From a virus (taxonomy: Duplodnaviria; Heunggongvirae; Uroviricota; Caudoviricetes; Ackermannviridae), in IMG/VR virus record IMGVR_UViG_2974499353_000001, positions 1-40,720 of that record: 40,720 bases of DNA, one strand, 5' to 3'. Below, in pieces: positions 1 through 8,523 of the stretch (positions are counted from its first letter, which is position 1; each line of letters opens with the position of its first letter). Position numbers and translations under genes: made by a program. Below the pieces are notes generated by a model. The model was not told where the DNA came from. It ran no database searches and worked only from the letters and a program-made list of their open reading frames with translations.

Positions 1-2742
1 ATGAAAATGCGCAAGTCCGAGCATTTCGTGCGCTCTTCTTCTACCATCGTCGGACAGACATTCAATGTCAAGATGACGGATAAATTATTTGAAACATTAT
101 TCTCAAGTCTCTACAAATATAAAGAGGCGGCGTCTTTACGTGAGACGTTGTGTAATGGTATAGACTCGCATAATATGCGTGATCGCCAACAACGCTGGAT
201 GACATCGTATTATGCTCCTCTCACCCCTATGCCTCAACGATACAGCAAACATCTTGCCCCCAAGGGAACTCCTGTTGTTGTACATTTACCGGATGTTATG
301 GAACCCTGGCTGGAAATTAAAGATTATGGGGTTGGTCTTCCATTAGAAATGATCATCGGCGAGCCTATTACAGCGCGTGAAGATGAAGTGCTGGTTGAAG
401 GTAATATCGTCGTGAAGGAAGACGAAATCCCTGATAGCACTGCTGTTATTGGTACACCTGGTTATTATAATGGGGTACTGGTATTCCGCGCTGAGGATGG
501 CGAGATCATTCGTGGTCCTGGTTTGTATACAACACTCTTCCATAGTACAAAAGAGGACGACGACGGGCAAATAGGGGCGTTTGGGCTAGGTTCTAAATCC
601 CCATTTGCGGTATCTGATTCATTTACAGTAGAAAGTCGCTATGAAGGGAAACTGTATCGCTTCCTGATGTATCTGAATGCGGACAGAATCCCAACTGTAG
701 ATCTCATTACCAAGGATTTAGATACCCGTGATCCTAAACCGGAAGACACTGATGAGTTCAACGGCCTGACTGTTAAAGTTCCTGTAAAGAATCAGCGTTT
801 TACCGCCTTTGAACAAGAGTTGGTCCGTTTGGGTCGAGTGATGCGACCTTCAATGCGACCGAAGGTTGAAAACGCCAGTTATTCTTTCCGTTGGTCTGAC
901 ATCAACTTCGAAAACCGTGTAGGCAACACGTATATTCAGCCGAAGTCTGATTCTGATAATACCCACTATGCTGTTATGGGCGGGGTTTCTTATCCGATAG
1001 ATCTTGAGCAATTGGATTCTGAAATACGTTCGGTGCTGGAGAAATTCCCGAGTTCCTATACCTTCTTCGAACTTGGAGAATTGAATGTTCCTCCATCACG
1101 TGAAGACTTGTCATATGACGAGTTCACCCGTGAAAGCCTGAACCGAGTGTTCAAATATGTGGCTGACAATATTATGCAGGCGAAGATGTATGAACTTCGC
1201 CAGGCCGAATCTATGGGTCCTCTTATGCTTTATATGAAGAAGGCTCAATTGACCGATATGTTCGGTAGCGGTTTCCGTAAATTGGTCGAACGGGAATTTC
1301 CTGCAGATAACCGTTTCTACAAAGGCACGTTCCGTTATATCGGAGCGCCGGACGTCGTGCGCGATTACTCTTTGGATGCACCTTTCCGGTCTATTGGTAG
1401 TCCTTACGAAATTGAAGTACACGACAACGGTGTAGTACACGACAGCATTTATGTGAACTCTGTCGGAAATTGGTTGAAATCTAAATCAAAAATTGCTGTT
1501 ATTATTGATAACTCGAATCGTGCTCGAAACCTGAAGATACAAACAGCACGCAATAACTTCAATGTCGTTATCGTCGTCAAACCGAATGAAAATTATTTCA
1601 GTAATCGGAATCAGCTGGCGGCACATAAAGAATCATTTACCAACCATGAGGAATTGAAGTCTTATTTTGAATCATGGATCGGTGTACAAGAAACAACGCC
1701 GGACTACCTGGTCTTTGCCGATAAACTGATCGAGGTTTTTGGCGATTTATTCAATCCGGATGAAGTCTATTTCATGCATGAAATGGAATATGTTCGCCCG
1801 ACCGTTGAAAAAGATCCTGGGATGTTTAGTTTCCATTACAATTCATTTAACTTCGACAGCGTTTATGAATTAGATGGAAAAACCGTTTCAGATATTATTG
1901 ATTCGGGCAAAAAGATCGTATATATCGAAGTATCTGGCCGAGAAGGTATCCATAAAATTCATGGTATTACCTTACGACAATCCACGGCTGGACATTTGCG
2001 TGAAGCGATGGAAAGAACGAAGTTCGGCGAGAATGGAAACGAAAACCTGTTTGATTTGCTGGGAGCACATCCAACAATCGTTCTTGCGCGTCGTAAATCT
2101 GTTCCGATGATGAAGAAATTCCCAGAAGTATTCATCCCCATTGACGCAGTGTTTGATATGTTGCTTGAGCATTATAAAGATGAATTTCAAGCACTTGAAT
2201 CCAAGAAACTTCTGACACTTCGCAAGGGCATAAACATCATGTCTCATCGCATCGATTATGGTGCCAAGCTGTTGATTGATTCCCATGGAAAAGTTACGGA
2301 TGGCTATGCCCATCATCAGCACAGGGCAAAAGCAATCATCAGTTATGCGAAACAACAAATCACTGAAGAAGAATGGAAGATTGTTCGTATGCTGGCCAAA
2401 CGAAATCCGTCTGGATCGGGGTACGGTTATTTCCGCAAGGCTGTTGAGGAATTACATTATCATATAGAAATGCCTTTCTCAACTACGAGATTTTTCCGCG
2501 CCTGTAACCAGTTAACTCAAGTTGTTGATTTATTGAATGAAAAATTAACTGCTGAAGGATTTGATGAGATAAAGGTCACTAGCACTATATCTCAAAAGCA
2601 AAAGGCCAAAAACCGATACCGAGTTGAATGTCATCGTTTGGTGAAATTCATGATGTCAACATATCAGCCTTCGGCACACAACGCGATTGAAGATGCCACT
2701 AGATTTGTGAAGGCTATTTCAAAACGTATTCTCGGGGCATAA
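1..2742 (+). CDS. rIIA: rIIA protein (N-terminal GHKL/HATPase-like domain)
   Basis: 913-aa ORF. Motifs RETLCNGIDSH, IKDYGVGL and STKEDDDGQIGAFGLGSKSPFA are typical of RIIA; directly followed by rIIB. Confidence 0.92.
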   Translation: MKMRKSEHFVRSSSTIVGQTFNVKMTDKLFETLFSSLYKYKEAASLRETLCNGIDSHNMRDRQQRWMTSYYAPLTPMPQRYSKHLAPKGTPVVVHLPDVMEPWLEIKDYGVGLPLEMIIGEPITAREDEVLVEGNIVVKEDEIPDSTAVIGTPGYYNGVLVFRAEDGEIIRGPGLYTTLFHSTKEDDDGQIGAFGLGSKSPFAVSDSFTVESRYEGKLYRFLMYLNADRIPTVDLITKDLDTRDPKPEDTDEFNGLTVKVPVKNQRFTAFEQELVRLGRVMRPSMRPKVENASYSFRWSDINFENRVGNTYIQPKSDSDNTHYAVMGGVSYPIDLEQLDSEIRSVLEKFPSSYTFFELGELNVPPSREDLSYDEFTRESLNRVFKYVADNIMQAKMYELRQAESMGPLMLYMKKAQLTDMFGSGFRKLVEREFPADNRFYKGTFRYIGAPDVVRDYSLDAPFRSIGSPYEIEVHDNGVVHDSIYVNSVGNWLKSKSKIAVIIDNSNRARNLKIQTARNNFNVVIVVKPNENYFSNRNQLAAHKESFTNHEELKSYFESWIGVQETTPDYLVFADKLIEVFGDLFNPDEVYFMHEMEYVRPTVEKDPGMFSFHYNSFNFDSVYELDGKTVSDIIDSGKKIVYIEVSGREGIHKIHGITLRQSTAGHLREAMERTKFGENGNENLFDLLGAHPTIVLARRKSVPMMKKFPEVFIPIDAVFDMLLEHYKDEFQALESKKLLTLRKGINIMSHRIDYGAKLLIDSHGKVTDGYAHHQHRAKAIISYAKQQITEEEWKIVRMLAKRNPSGSGYGYFRKAVEELHYHIEMPFSTTRFFRACNQLTQVVDLLNEKLTAEGFDEIKVTSTISQKQKAKNRYRVECHRLVKFMMSTYQPSAHNAIEDATRFVKAISKRILGA

Positions 2743-2749
2743 TAGCCCC
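2718..2749 (+). promoter_or_regulatory. Putative promoter TTCAAA-N14-CATAAT with the -10 across the stem/loop of GGGGC-ATAATA-GCCCC
   Basis: TTCAAA 2718-2723, CATAAT 2738-2743; stem 2734-2738/2745-2749 spans the rIIA stop codon, upstream of rIIB. Confidence 0.45.
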
Positions 2750-2774
2750 ATTACCCCACAGTGAGAACTACAAG

Positions 2775-4358
2775 ATGAATGCTATAGAAAAACGTATTCT
2801 CAAGCTGTTGAATGAGAACAGAAGTCAAAGTTCAATAGCCAGTGAATTGGGCGTACCGCGCTCAATGATACAACGCGTGTCGGATAAAGAACTGGGAGTG
2901 GATCCAGCTTCGATTAAGTCTCTGACCACTGAACAGATTCAAGAAATACAAACCAAGAGCAGCAAAGGTGAAAGCAATTCTTCTCTGGCATCAGTTTATG
3001 GCGTCAGTGCCAAAACAATTGCCCGCGCCCTGATGGTTCGTATCATCAAAGAATCTAATAACGTGGTCGTGATTTCGCCAATTAAAGAATTGACTGAAGA
3101 AGGGAAAATCCCCGACACCTATGAAGTTCTGGAAGGTTCGGTGTCTGTCGATTCTGAAGGCGAAGAATGGTATGTTGGCCGTTTCCTGGAAAACCAAACA
3201 GTGTTTATCTGTATGCGTTACGATAGCTCTGCTGCTATTCAGGCCAAACTTTTCAGAAGCGAAGAACTGAAACCGTTAGAAACTCGGTCAAGCCGCTTCA
3301 ATGAAGAAAATATTTCGCCGTTGGCCGAATTGGCGACAGCACTGGTTGATGGCGTTACCAAAGTCAATGATGGCGTGGTAATCAGTGTACAACATGACGG
3401 CGAAACATACCCGATGCGCGGTTCCCTTGATGCCCGTCGGCGCGTGGGTTACTTTGATGTAATTTTAGGCCGTACACTTCGTCTGGCATTGTCATCCGTA
3501 TTATTCGTGGTCAAGACTGTTGCAGTTGTTGGAGAAACAGGCGACAAGCAAACTCAGAATTCATTTAATGAAAAAGATCTGTCTGTGTTCCTGAACGAAC
3601 ACCAGATCATGATTTTGCCGGAAAGTATCGTGATCGTGGTTGATGGTAAACCGGAAACGATCACAACGAGCCACCAGGCGTATGACCGTATTGTTGAAGC
3701 GATTAAAAATCGTGACGTCAAAACAGCGTACACTCTGATGAAACCGCGTGAAGCCATCAAACAATTCACCACAGGCATGGTTGACCTTTCAGACAATCGT
3801 GTTCGCTGGGGTGGCTATGATATCACCGGAACTTCCGTTGCCAAACGCATTTTGGCTTTGGCATTAAAAGGCGATTATCCGAACTTGGAACGCTTGGGTC
3901 GTTTCCTGGACAAAATGTTCCAAAACCCGAGCGCCGCGCTGGTTCAGTCCGGTCGAATCTATGAATTCATGGCATATTCGGATATCGAAATTCATGAAGA
4001 CGGTGATATCATCCTGTATAAATCCGTTCGCGGTAACTACATGGACAAGCGCACAGGAAAAGTTAGTAATGCTCCTGGCACCATTGTTCGGATGGCTCGC
4101 TCATTCGTGAACGATAACAACAAAGATCTGTGCTCTTACGGTCTTCACGTTTGTTCTCTGGCTTATCTGAAACAATGTTTTGGTAGCCTGGGACAACGCG
4201 TTGTCCGTTGCAAACTGAACCCGAAAGATATCGTGTCTATCACTGATGATTATGGCTCCAGTAAAATCCGCTGCTGTGAATATCTGGTATTAGACGATTA
4301 CACCACGGAATACAACCGCCAACATAAATCCATTGATGTTGAAGGTCTATACAAGTAA
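2775..4358 (+). CDS. rIIB: rIIB protein with N-terminal HTH repeats
   Basis: 527 aa. The C-terminal domain is RIIB-like (LYKSV, N.PG..V.M.R..V.D...DLCSYGLHV, KLNPKDIVSI..DY...K.RCCEY); N-terminal HTH-like SQSSIASELGVPRSMI and SNSSLASVYGVSAKTI. Confidence 0.9.
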   Translation: MNAIEKRILKLLNENRSQSSIASELGVPRSMIQRVSDKELGVDPASIKSLTTEQIQEIQTKSSKGESNSSLASVYGVSAKTIARALMVRIIKESNNVVVISPIKELTEEGKIPDTYEVLEGSVSVDSEGEEWYVGRFLENQTVFICMRYDSSAAIQAKLFRSEELKPLETRSSRFNEENISPLAELATALVDGVTKVNDGVVISVQHDGETYPMRGSLDARRRVGYFDVILGRTLRLALSSVLFVVKTVAVVGETGDKQTQNSFNEKDLSVFLNEHQIMILPESIVIVVDGKPETITTSHQAYDRIVEAIKNRDVKTAYTLMKPREAIKQFTTGMVDLSDNRVRWGGYDITGTSVAKRILALALKGDYPNLERLGRFLDKMFQNPSAALVQSGRIYEFMAYSDIEIHEDGDIILYKSVRGNYMDKRTGKVSNAPGTIVRMARSFVNDNNKDLCSYGLHVCSLAYLKQCFGSLGQRVVRCKLNPKDIVSITDDYGSSKIRCCEYLVLDDYTTEYNRQHKSIDVEGLYK

Positions 4359-4372
4359 CCGCGAACTGACAT

Positions 4373-4398
4373 AAAAGAGGGGGCTTCGGCCTCCTTTT
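4373..4398 (+). terminator. Rho-independent terminator with cUUCGg loop
   Basis: AAAAGAGGGGGC-TTCG-GCCTCCTTTT just after the rIIB stop. Confidence 0.85.
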
Positions 4399-4411
4399 CT
4401 TTGAGGTCGAT

Positions 4412-4711
4412 ATGGAAACCAGAGATGTTTACTTCGTGTATGAGCAACAGGCATTTGGATCACTGCGCCGAAAAACAAAGTTCCTTGTTGATTCATTCCA
4501 ATTTGATGGAGAACTCAAGGAATACTCGTTCAGGAATTTTCCTCCGAGAGAAGTCATAGGCGACCAGTTCGTGAAATTATTTTGTCGTTGTGGCGGCTGT
4601 GACTTTAACGACGACGGATATTCCATGCATGTTTATTGCTGCAATTGTTGTGGTAAATATATTACAGTCTATAGGAGAACTGATCATGGCGAAGACACAA
4701 AAGAAAATTGA
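4412..4711 (+). CDS. Hypothetical protein with C-terminal Cys-rich (Zn-ribbon-like) motif
   Basis: GAGG SD before ATG; CRCGGC...CCNCCG. Confidence 0.75.
   Translation: METRDVYFVYEQQAFGSLRRKTKFLVDSFQFDGELKEYSFRNFPPREVIGDQFVKLFCRCGGCDFNDDGYSMHVYCCNCCGKYITVYRRTDHGEDTKEN
4653..4659 (+). promoter_or_regulatory. Possible late promoter core (GTAAATA)
   Basis: TAAATA core of the T4 late promoter TATAAATA, about 27 nt before the ATG at 4686, which has an AGGAG SD. Confidence 0.35.
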
Positions 4712-5099
4712 AAACACCCAAACCATTCAAGAAATCACTGCACAGGAAGAAAATAAACTTCCCAGTTATCTGCAACGCGTGGTGGATAACGTGCCTCAGG
4801 GCGGCGACGGCGGTATTGTCTACGCTGGTGACTACGGTTGGGTGTGTGAATATAAAGACGGCTCTAAGGAGCTTCTAGAGGAACTCACCGGACTTGCCGG
4901 AACTTTGCGCCGTTATGGGTTAGATAAATTCGGTAAGCCGATGAAACCAGGTACTGTGGTATCAACCGATATTACAGTTGAAGTTCTTCTTTTGCTCGAT
5001 ATCAATGATCTTAAAACACTTGCGGAACCCCTGGGTATCGACGCGACTGACCGTAATGAAATAATCTCGCAATTGGCTGAAAAACTGCAGATTAAATAA
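4686..5099 (+). CDS. Hypothetical protein, C-terminal helix-extension-helix/Rho-N-like motif
   Basis: Start moved to ATG 4686 (AGGAG SD). C-terminus INDLKTLAEPLGIDATDRNEIISQL resembles HeH/Rho_N motifs. Confidence 0.7.
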   Translation: MAKTQKKIENTQTIQEITAQEENKLPSYLQRVVDNVPQGGDGGIVYAGDYGWVCEYKDGSKELLEELTGLAGTLRRYGLDKFGKPMKPGTVVSTDITVEVLLLLDINDLKTLAEPLGIDATDRNEIISQLAEKLQIK

Positions 5100-5131
5100 T
5101 CCCAGTGTATAACTGCTGATTATAATTCAAT

Positions 5132-5524
5132 ATGGCTATCGTTGACGAAAGCAATTTGATGGAGTACGCTCTAAGACATTATATCACCCCTGGTGTCTCA
5201 AGAGATGATTTGATGGTAGACATTCAGCGAATTTCGCTAATTAATCAATCATTGAAAAGATTTGTGCCAGGGAAAAGTCCTCGAGTACTTATCAATCAAT
5301 TGATTATTCTTTTCAATACCTTTGAAACCGAAGCCGTGTGCCGAATGTTGGTGTTGAAAACGGATAAGAACCAACATCCTCGTCTTAAAGCAGCGCTGTT
5401 GACGTTAGGAGTTTGGCGAGATGATTTATGTTCCGGTTCATACGAACCAGATAATGAGCTGATGATGGCTCTGAACAACGATTTGGATGAGTGGAGGAAA
5501 CCATGCCAACAATCACAGTATTAG
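5132..5524 (+). CDS. Conserved T4-like myovirus hypothetical protein
   Basis: Pattern ESNLMEYALRHY..P...DD..DIQR...R.LINQLIILFNTF matches a widespread uncharacterised T4-superfamily protein. Confidence 0.7.
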   Translation: MAIVDESNLMEYALRHYITPGVSRDDLMVDIQRISLINQSLKRFVPGKSPRVLINQLIILFNTFETEAVCRMLVLKTDKNQHPRLKAALLTLGVWRDDLCSGSYEPDNELMMALNNDLDEWRKPCQQSQY

Positions 5525-6312
5525 TCGCACCGGAAGTTGTCCGCAACAAACCCGAAACCGAACGCAATCATGTCGTGACGGGTGTTGCAAAGGGTTGGCA
5601 AAAGACCAGCCTCAACCAAGATCCTGATGAGATCCTGACCGAATGTAAAGGTCTTGACGCTCTGCTCACCAAGAGCAATTTACAAGCGGACGGTGTCACC
5701 AAAGTGGATCCCACCAAGCCTATCGGCTTTCAAGTATCTTATGAAATCCACGATCCGAATGCTATTTTAACCACCGGACTTGTGATTACTCCAGCTACAG
5801 CCAGCGGAGAGATCGGACAATTTGTTGAATTGCTAGCGACGGTATCCCCTGCCAATGCCACATATCAAGGCATTAATTGGTATTCTGGTGATATTACGAA
5901 AGCTGTACATGTCGGTGGTGGTAAATTCAAATTGCTGGCTTCAGGAACTGTAACGGTTTATGGTGTCACGGTTGAAGGGAATCACACAGATTCTACGGTT
6001 ATTACAGTTGCAGGCGCTCTATCGCTGTCGACTGATTTACCTGCCACCAAAGACGTGACTTCTGGACAAGACGGAACCTTTAGTGTTGTTGCTGCGGGCG
6101 GTACAACTCCATACACTTATGTGTGGCATTTCTCTGATACTCCTGGGGGTGCGGGGTCAGTTATCGATGCTGGCACTAATGCCACCGCCGCCACTGCTAA
6201 CCTGGTTATCACAGCAGTTGAAGCCGCAAATGAAGGCGAATATTGGTGTGTTGTTTCTGATGCAGATGGCCATTCTGTCACGTCTACTCGTTGTGAAATG
6301 GCTGTGGTGTAA
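5503..6312 (+). CDS. Ig-like domain virion protein (Big_2 + I-set-like domains; Hoc-like/decoration candidate)
   Basis: GGAGGA SD before ATG 5503. LATVSPANATYQGINWYS (Big_2) and YTYVW...L.I.AV.AANEGEYWCVVSD (Ig I-set). Confidence 0.8.
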   Translation: MPTITVLVAPEVVRNKPETERNHVVTGVAKGWQKTSLNQDPDEILTECKGLDALLTKSNLQADGVTKVDPTKPIGFQVSYEIHDPNAILTTGLVITPATASGEIGQFVELLATVSPANATYQGINWYSGDITKAVHVGGGKFKLLASGTVTVYGVTVEGNHTDSTVITVAGALSLSTDLPATKDVTSGQDGTFSVVAAGGTTPYTYVWHFSDTPGGAGSVIDAGTNATAATANLVITAVEAANEGEYWCVVSDADGHSVTSTRCEMAVV

Positions 6313-6315
6313 TTT

Positions 6316-6537
6316 ATGAAGAGCTTCCAGGATTTCCTTGAAGACTCTTCTGCTCCGGCAACCACGACCGCCGATGTGGGGAAACCCGAAGGCGGTATGG
6401 TTAAGGAGCCTGTCAAAAAACCAAAAGATCTTGAAGAAGAGTCTGATTTTAAAAAGATCTTTGGCAACATTTTCAAAGATTTGGATTTATCCAAGGCGCG
6501 AAAATGGAATTTCAGGACAGGCCAATACGACGATTAA
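6316..6537 (+). CDS. Small protein with T4 internal-protein-like N-terminus (MKSFQDFLE)
   Basis: 73 aa; N-terminus resembles the T4 capsid-targeting sequence MKTYQEFIAE. Confidence 0.7.
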   Translation: MKSFQDFLEDSSAPATTTADVGKPEGGMVKEPVKKPKDLEEESDFKKIFGNIFKDLDLSKARKWNFRTGQYDD

Positions 6538-6557
6538 AGAGGCTTCGGCCTCTTTTT
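6536..6557 (+). terminator. Rho-independent terminator with cUUCGg loop
   Basis: AAAGAGGC-TTCG-GCCTCTTTTT. Confidence 0.88.
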
Positions 6558-6581
6558 CATTTCCAGCATTGGGTGTATAAT
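6556..6581 (+). promoter_or_regulatory. Putative promoter TTCATT-N14-TATAAT
   Basis: Perfect TATAAT 6576-6581 right after the terminator; weak GGGT/ACCC stem around the -10; GAGGA SD before 6625. Confidence 0.55.
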
Positions 6582-6624
6582 GGACCCGTTCCCCATGAGC
6601 GGAACCTAACTGAGGATATACCAA

Positions 6625-7134
6625 ATGCAATCTATGATCAAACGTAAAATAGAAATCTCCATGAATGCCCATGTCGATATGATCCAGCAGCTTGTGGCAG
6701 ATGCGTATGAGATACAAAAGGAACGTCAAATTAGGGGAGTGATAGACCCTATTTGCTCCGGCAACATGCTCTACTACAGAATGCTCCGCCAGACCGGACA
6801 TACAGCCGCTCTGAAGAAACTACTTTCTAAAAAGTTTCAGGTCGAAAACGACGCATATGTGTTTGGCGTCTTCCATACTTCTCGTGAACGTGATGCATTC
6901 TTCTATCCTTCCCGCAACCCTCAGACGGGCGAAGAATTACTTATCCCTGATGTCGACAAGAAAGAGAGCACGACGACAATCACCCATTTCATGGGGACCA
7001 GGATCGATAAGGCTAACATAATCGTGTTCTCTGACACTCTACATGATGTAAAACGTTTAGCCGCTGCCCGTGAAATGTTGCAGGATGCTCGGACCAGTCT
7101 CACAAATTTGACTTTAGTAGTGTTTCTGGGCTAG
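6625..7134 (+). CDS. Hypothetical protein, degenerate P-loop-like fold
   Basis: RQTGHT (Walker-A-like, K to H), IIVFSD (Walker-B-like), terminal LVVFLG strand. Confidence 0.7.
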   Translation: MQSMIKRKIEISMNAHVDMIQQLVADAYEIQKERQIRGVIDPICSGNMLYYRMLRQTGHTAALKKLLSKKFQVENDAYVFGVFHTSRERDAFFYPSRNPQTGEELLIPDVDKKESTTTITHFMGTRIDKANIIVFSDTLHDVKRLAAAREMLQDARTSLTNLTLVVFLG

Positions 7135-7143
7135 ATATCTGTG

Positions 7144-7165
7144 TGGGGAGAGAACTCCCCATTTG
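7144..7165 (+). terminator. Intergenic hairpin (weak terminator or processing site)
   Basis: TGGGGAG-AGAA-CTCCCCA followed by TTTG. Confidence 0.5.
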
Positions 7166-7180
7166 AATCGGAGGTGATTT

Positions 7181-7372
7181 ATGCTACGTTGCAAAAGAGG
7201 TTCCAACTCCTTTAAGTTGGGCATGCTGACTGGAGTAACGTTCATGATTGCTTTAGACAGCCTTGTGGGACTGCTTTCCCTTCCTGATTTTAGGATGGAA
7301 CGATTCATATTGTTAGTTCTATTTGGCGGCGTCTCGGTTATTAGTGCTTTGAAAGCGTACAAAAAGATCTGA
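7181..7372 (+). CDS. Small two-TM membrane protein
   Basis: GGAGGT SD; two hydrophobic stretches and a basic C-terminus (KAYKKI). Confidence 0.7.
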   Translation: MLRCKRGSNSFKLGMLTGVTFMIALDSLVGLLSLPDFRMERFILLVLFGGVSVISALKAYKKI

Positions 7373-7413
7373 TTTAACTCACACACAGCAATTTTGATTT
7401 GAGACCCTATATC

Positions 7414-7899
7414 ATGCTCCCATTACTCAATGTTCCAAAAGAACGTATGACGCCGGATAGTGAAGGCAAGACCCATTACAACATATACAGTCGAAGCCGC
7501 ACAGAACTAGGCAGATTCCTTTCCCATTTTGCATACCATCCCATGGATACTGTTGATGGTAATTTCAATTCGTTAGAAGGCTACTGGTATTGGCTAAAAT
7601 ATCGCCACGACGACTTGCGTAGTCTTTACGGGAACGACGCCAAGCAATTTGGACAAACCCTGGCCAAGTCACGCATCGTTGTATTGTCCCCTGATGATCC
7701 CAAATTTAAACGAGACATTATCGCAGCGACGAGTCAAAAATTGCTGACAATGCCATCCAAGTTGAGATTCCAATTGGCCCACAGCCGTCTTCCCCTTATT
7801 CATGCATATGAGCATCAGGGGAAATACAGTTTTCAAAACTCTATGGATTTTATCATACAGCATATTAACCGCTTCCGTCTAGAAGGATATTTGAAATGA
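7414..7899 (+). CDS. NADAR-like protein (T4 gp30.3-like ADP-ribosyl hydrolase fold)
   Basis: LSHFAYHP...G.F.SLEGYWYWLK...LYG..AKQFG parallels the T4 gp30.3 pattern LSNFA..P...G..F..LEGF...K...L.G..A...G. Start codon uncertain. Confidence 0.6.
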   Translation: MLPLLNVPKERMTPDSEGKTHYNIYSRSRTELGRFLSHFAYHPMDTVDGNFNSLEGYWYWLKYRHDDLRSLYGNDAKQFGQTLAKSRIVVLSPDDPKFKRDIIAATSQKLLTMPSKLRFQLAHSRLPLIHAYEHQGKYSFQNSMDFIIQHINRFRLEGYLK

Positions 7900-8474
7900 A
7901 TTTTCTAAAAACTATCTTCAACACATCATATGAACTCAGCCAGCGCGATCCTAATCGTTCTCCTGTGTTTGTATATTGCAAACTCGTGGAAGAGTCTTGT
8001 GAACTATCAGATGTGCTTTATGGAATCGCTGCATCCGAACCCCTGAACGGTGAAGTGGCGGACGTTATCATCTCGGCTCTGGATCTATTATATGTTGTGG
8101 ATTATCAACAAGTTCAACAACATGGGTCTATGTCCAAAGAAGAAATCTTTGACTCCATGGTGTTTGCTTTGGCTATGGCCAATCACACAACTGATCTCAG
8201 TCAACATACGTTGGAGGATTATTGGTTCTACAGTGGTGTTGAAACTATAGACAAATATCTTGCGATGGTTAATCATTACAAAGGCCGCATCACTCGTTTA
8301 CTGAACCAACCTCAACGTTCAGAAGATAATATGGTAGACCTGGTTTCAAATCTGATACGCAATACTGCCAAATTGGCGTGTGGGTATAATCAAAACCATA
8401 TCAACACGATCGTTAAAGTAGAACATGCTATAGAACACAAAGTTGAAAAGTGGCGCACTAAATTTGGTCTATAA
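7896..8474 (+). CDS. MazG-like NTP pyrophosphohydrolase
   Basis: KLVEESCEL...GEVADV acidic metal-binding motif of all-alpha NTP-PPases. Confidence 0.65.
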   Translation: MNFLKTIFNTSYELSQRDPNRSPVFVYCKLVEESCELSDVLYGIAASEPLNGEVADVIISALDLLYVVDYQQVQQHGSMSKEEIFDSMVFALAMANHTTDLSQHTLEDYWFYSGVETIDKYLAMVNHYKGRITRLLNQPQRSEDNMVDLVSNLIRNTAKLACGYNQNHINTIVKVEHAIEHKVEKWRTKFGL

Positions 8475-8500
8475 GCCAACCCCATACATAATCTTGTGTG
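8467..8500 (+). promoter_or_regulatory. Possible promoter GTCTAT-N14-CATAAT with stem-loop CATACA-TAATCT-TGTGTG
   Basis: CATAAT 8487-8492 overlaps a 6-bp stem with one sense-strand U-G pair; upstream of topoisomerase. Confidence 0.35.
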
Positions 8501-8523
8501 TTTACCATTGACGGGATAGGCCG

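Noticed and set aside
4590-4685. ORF-track upstream extensions (4590, 5491, 10358, 12045, 13310, 16621, 21414, 35351, 37047)
   Set aside because: Downstream ATGs have clear SD sequences or stop/start coupling, and the extensions overlap neighbouring genes or SD regions.
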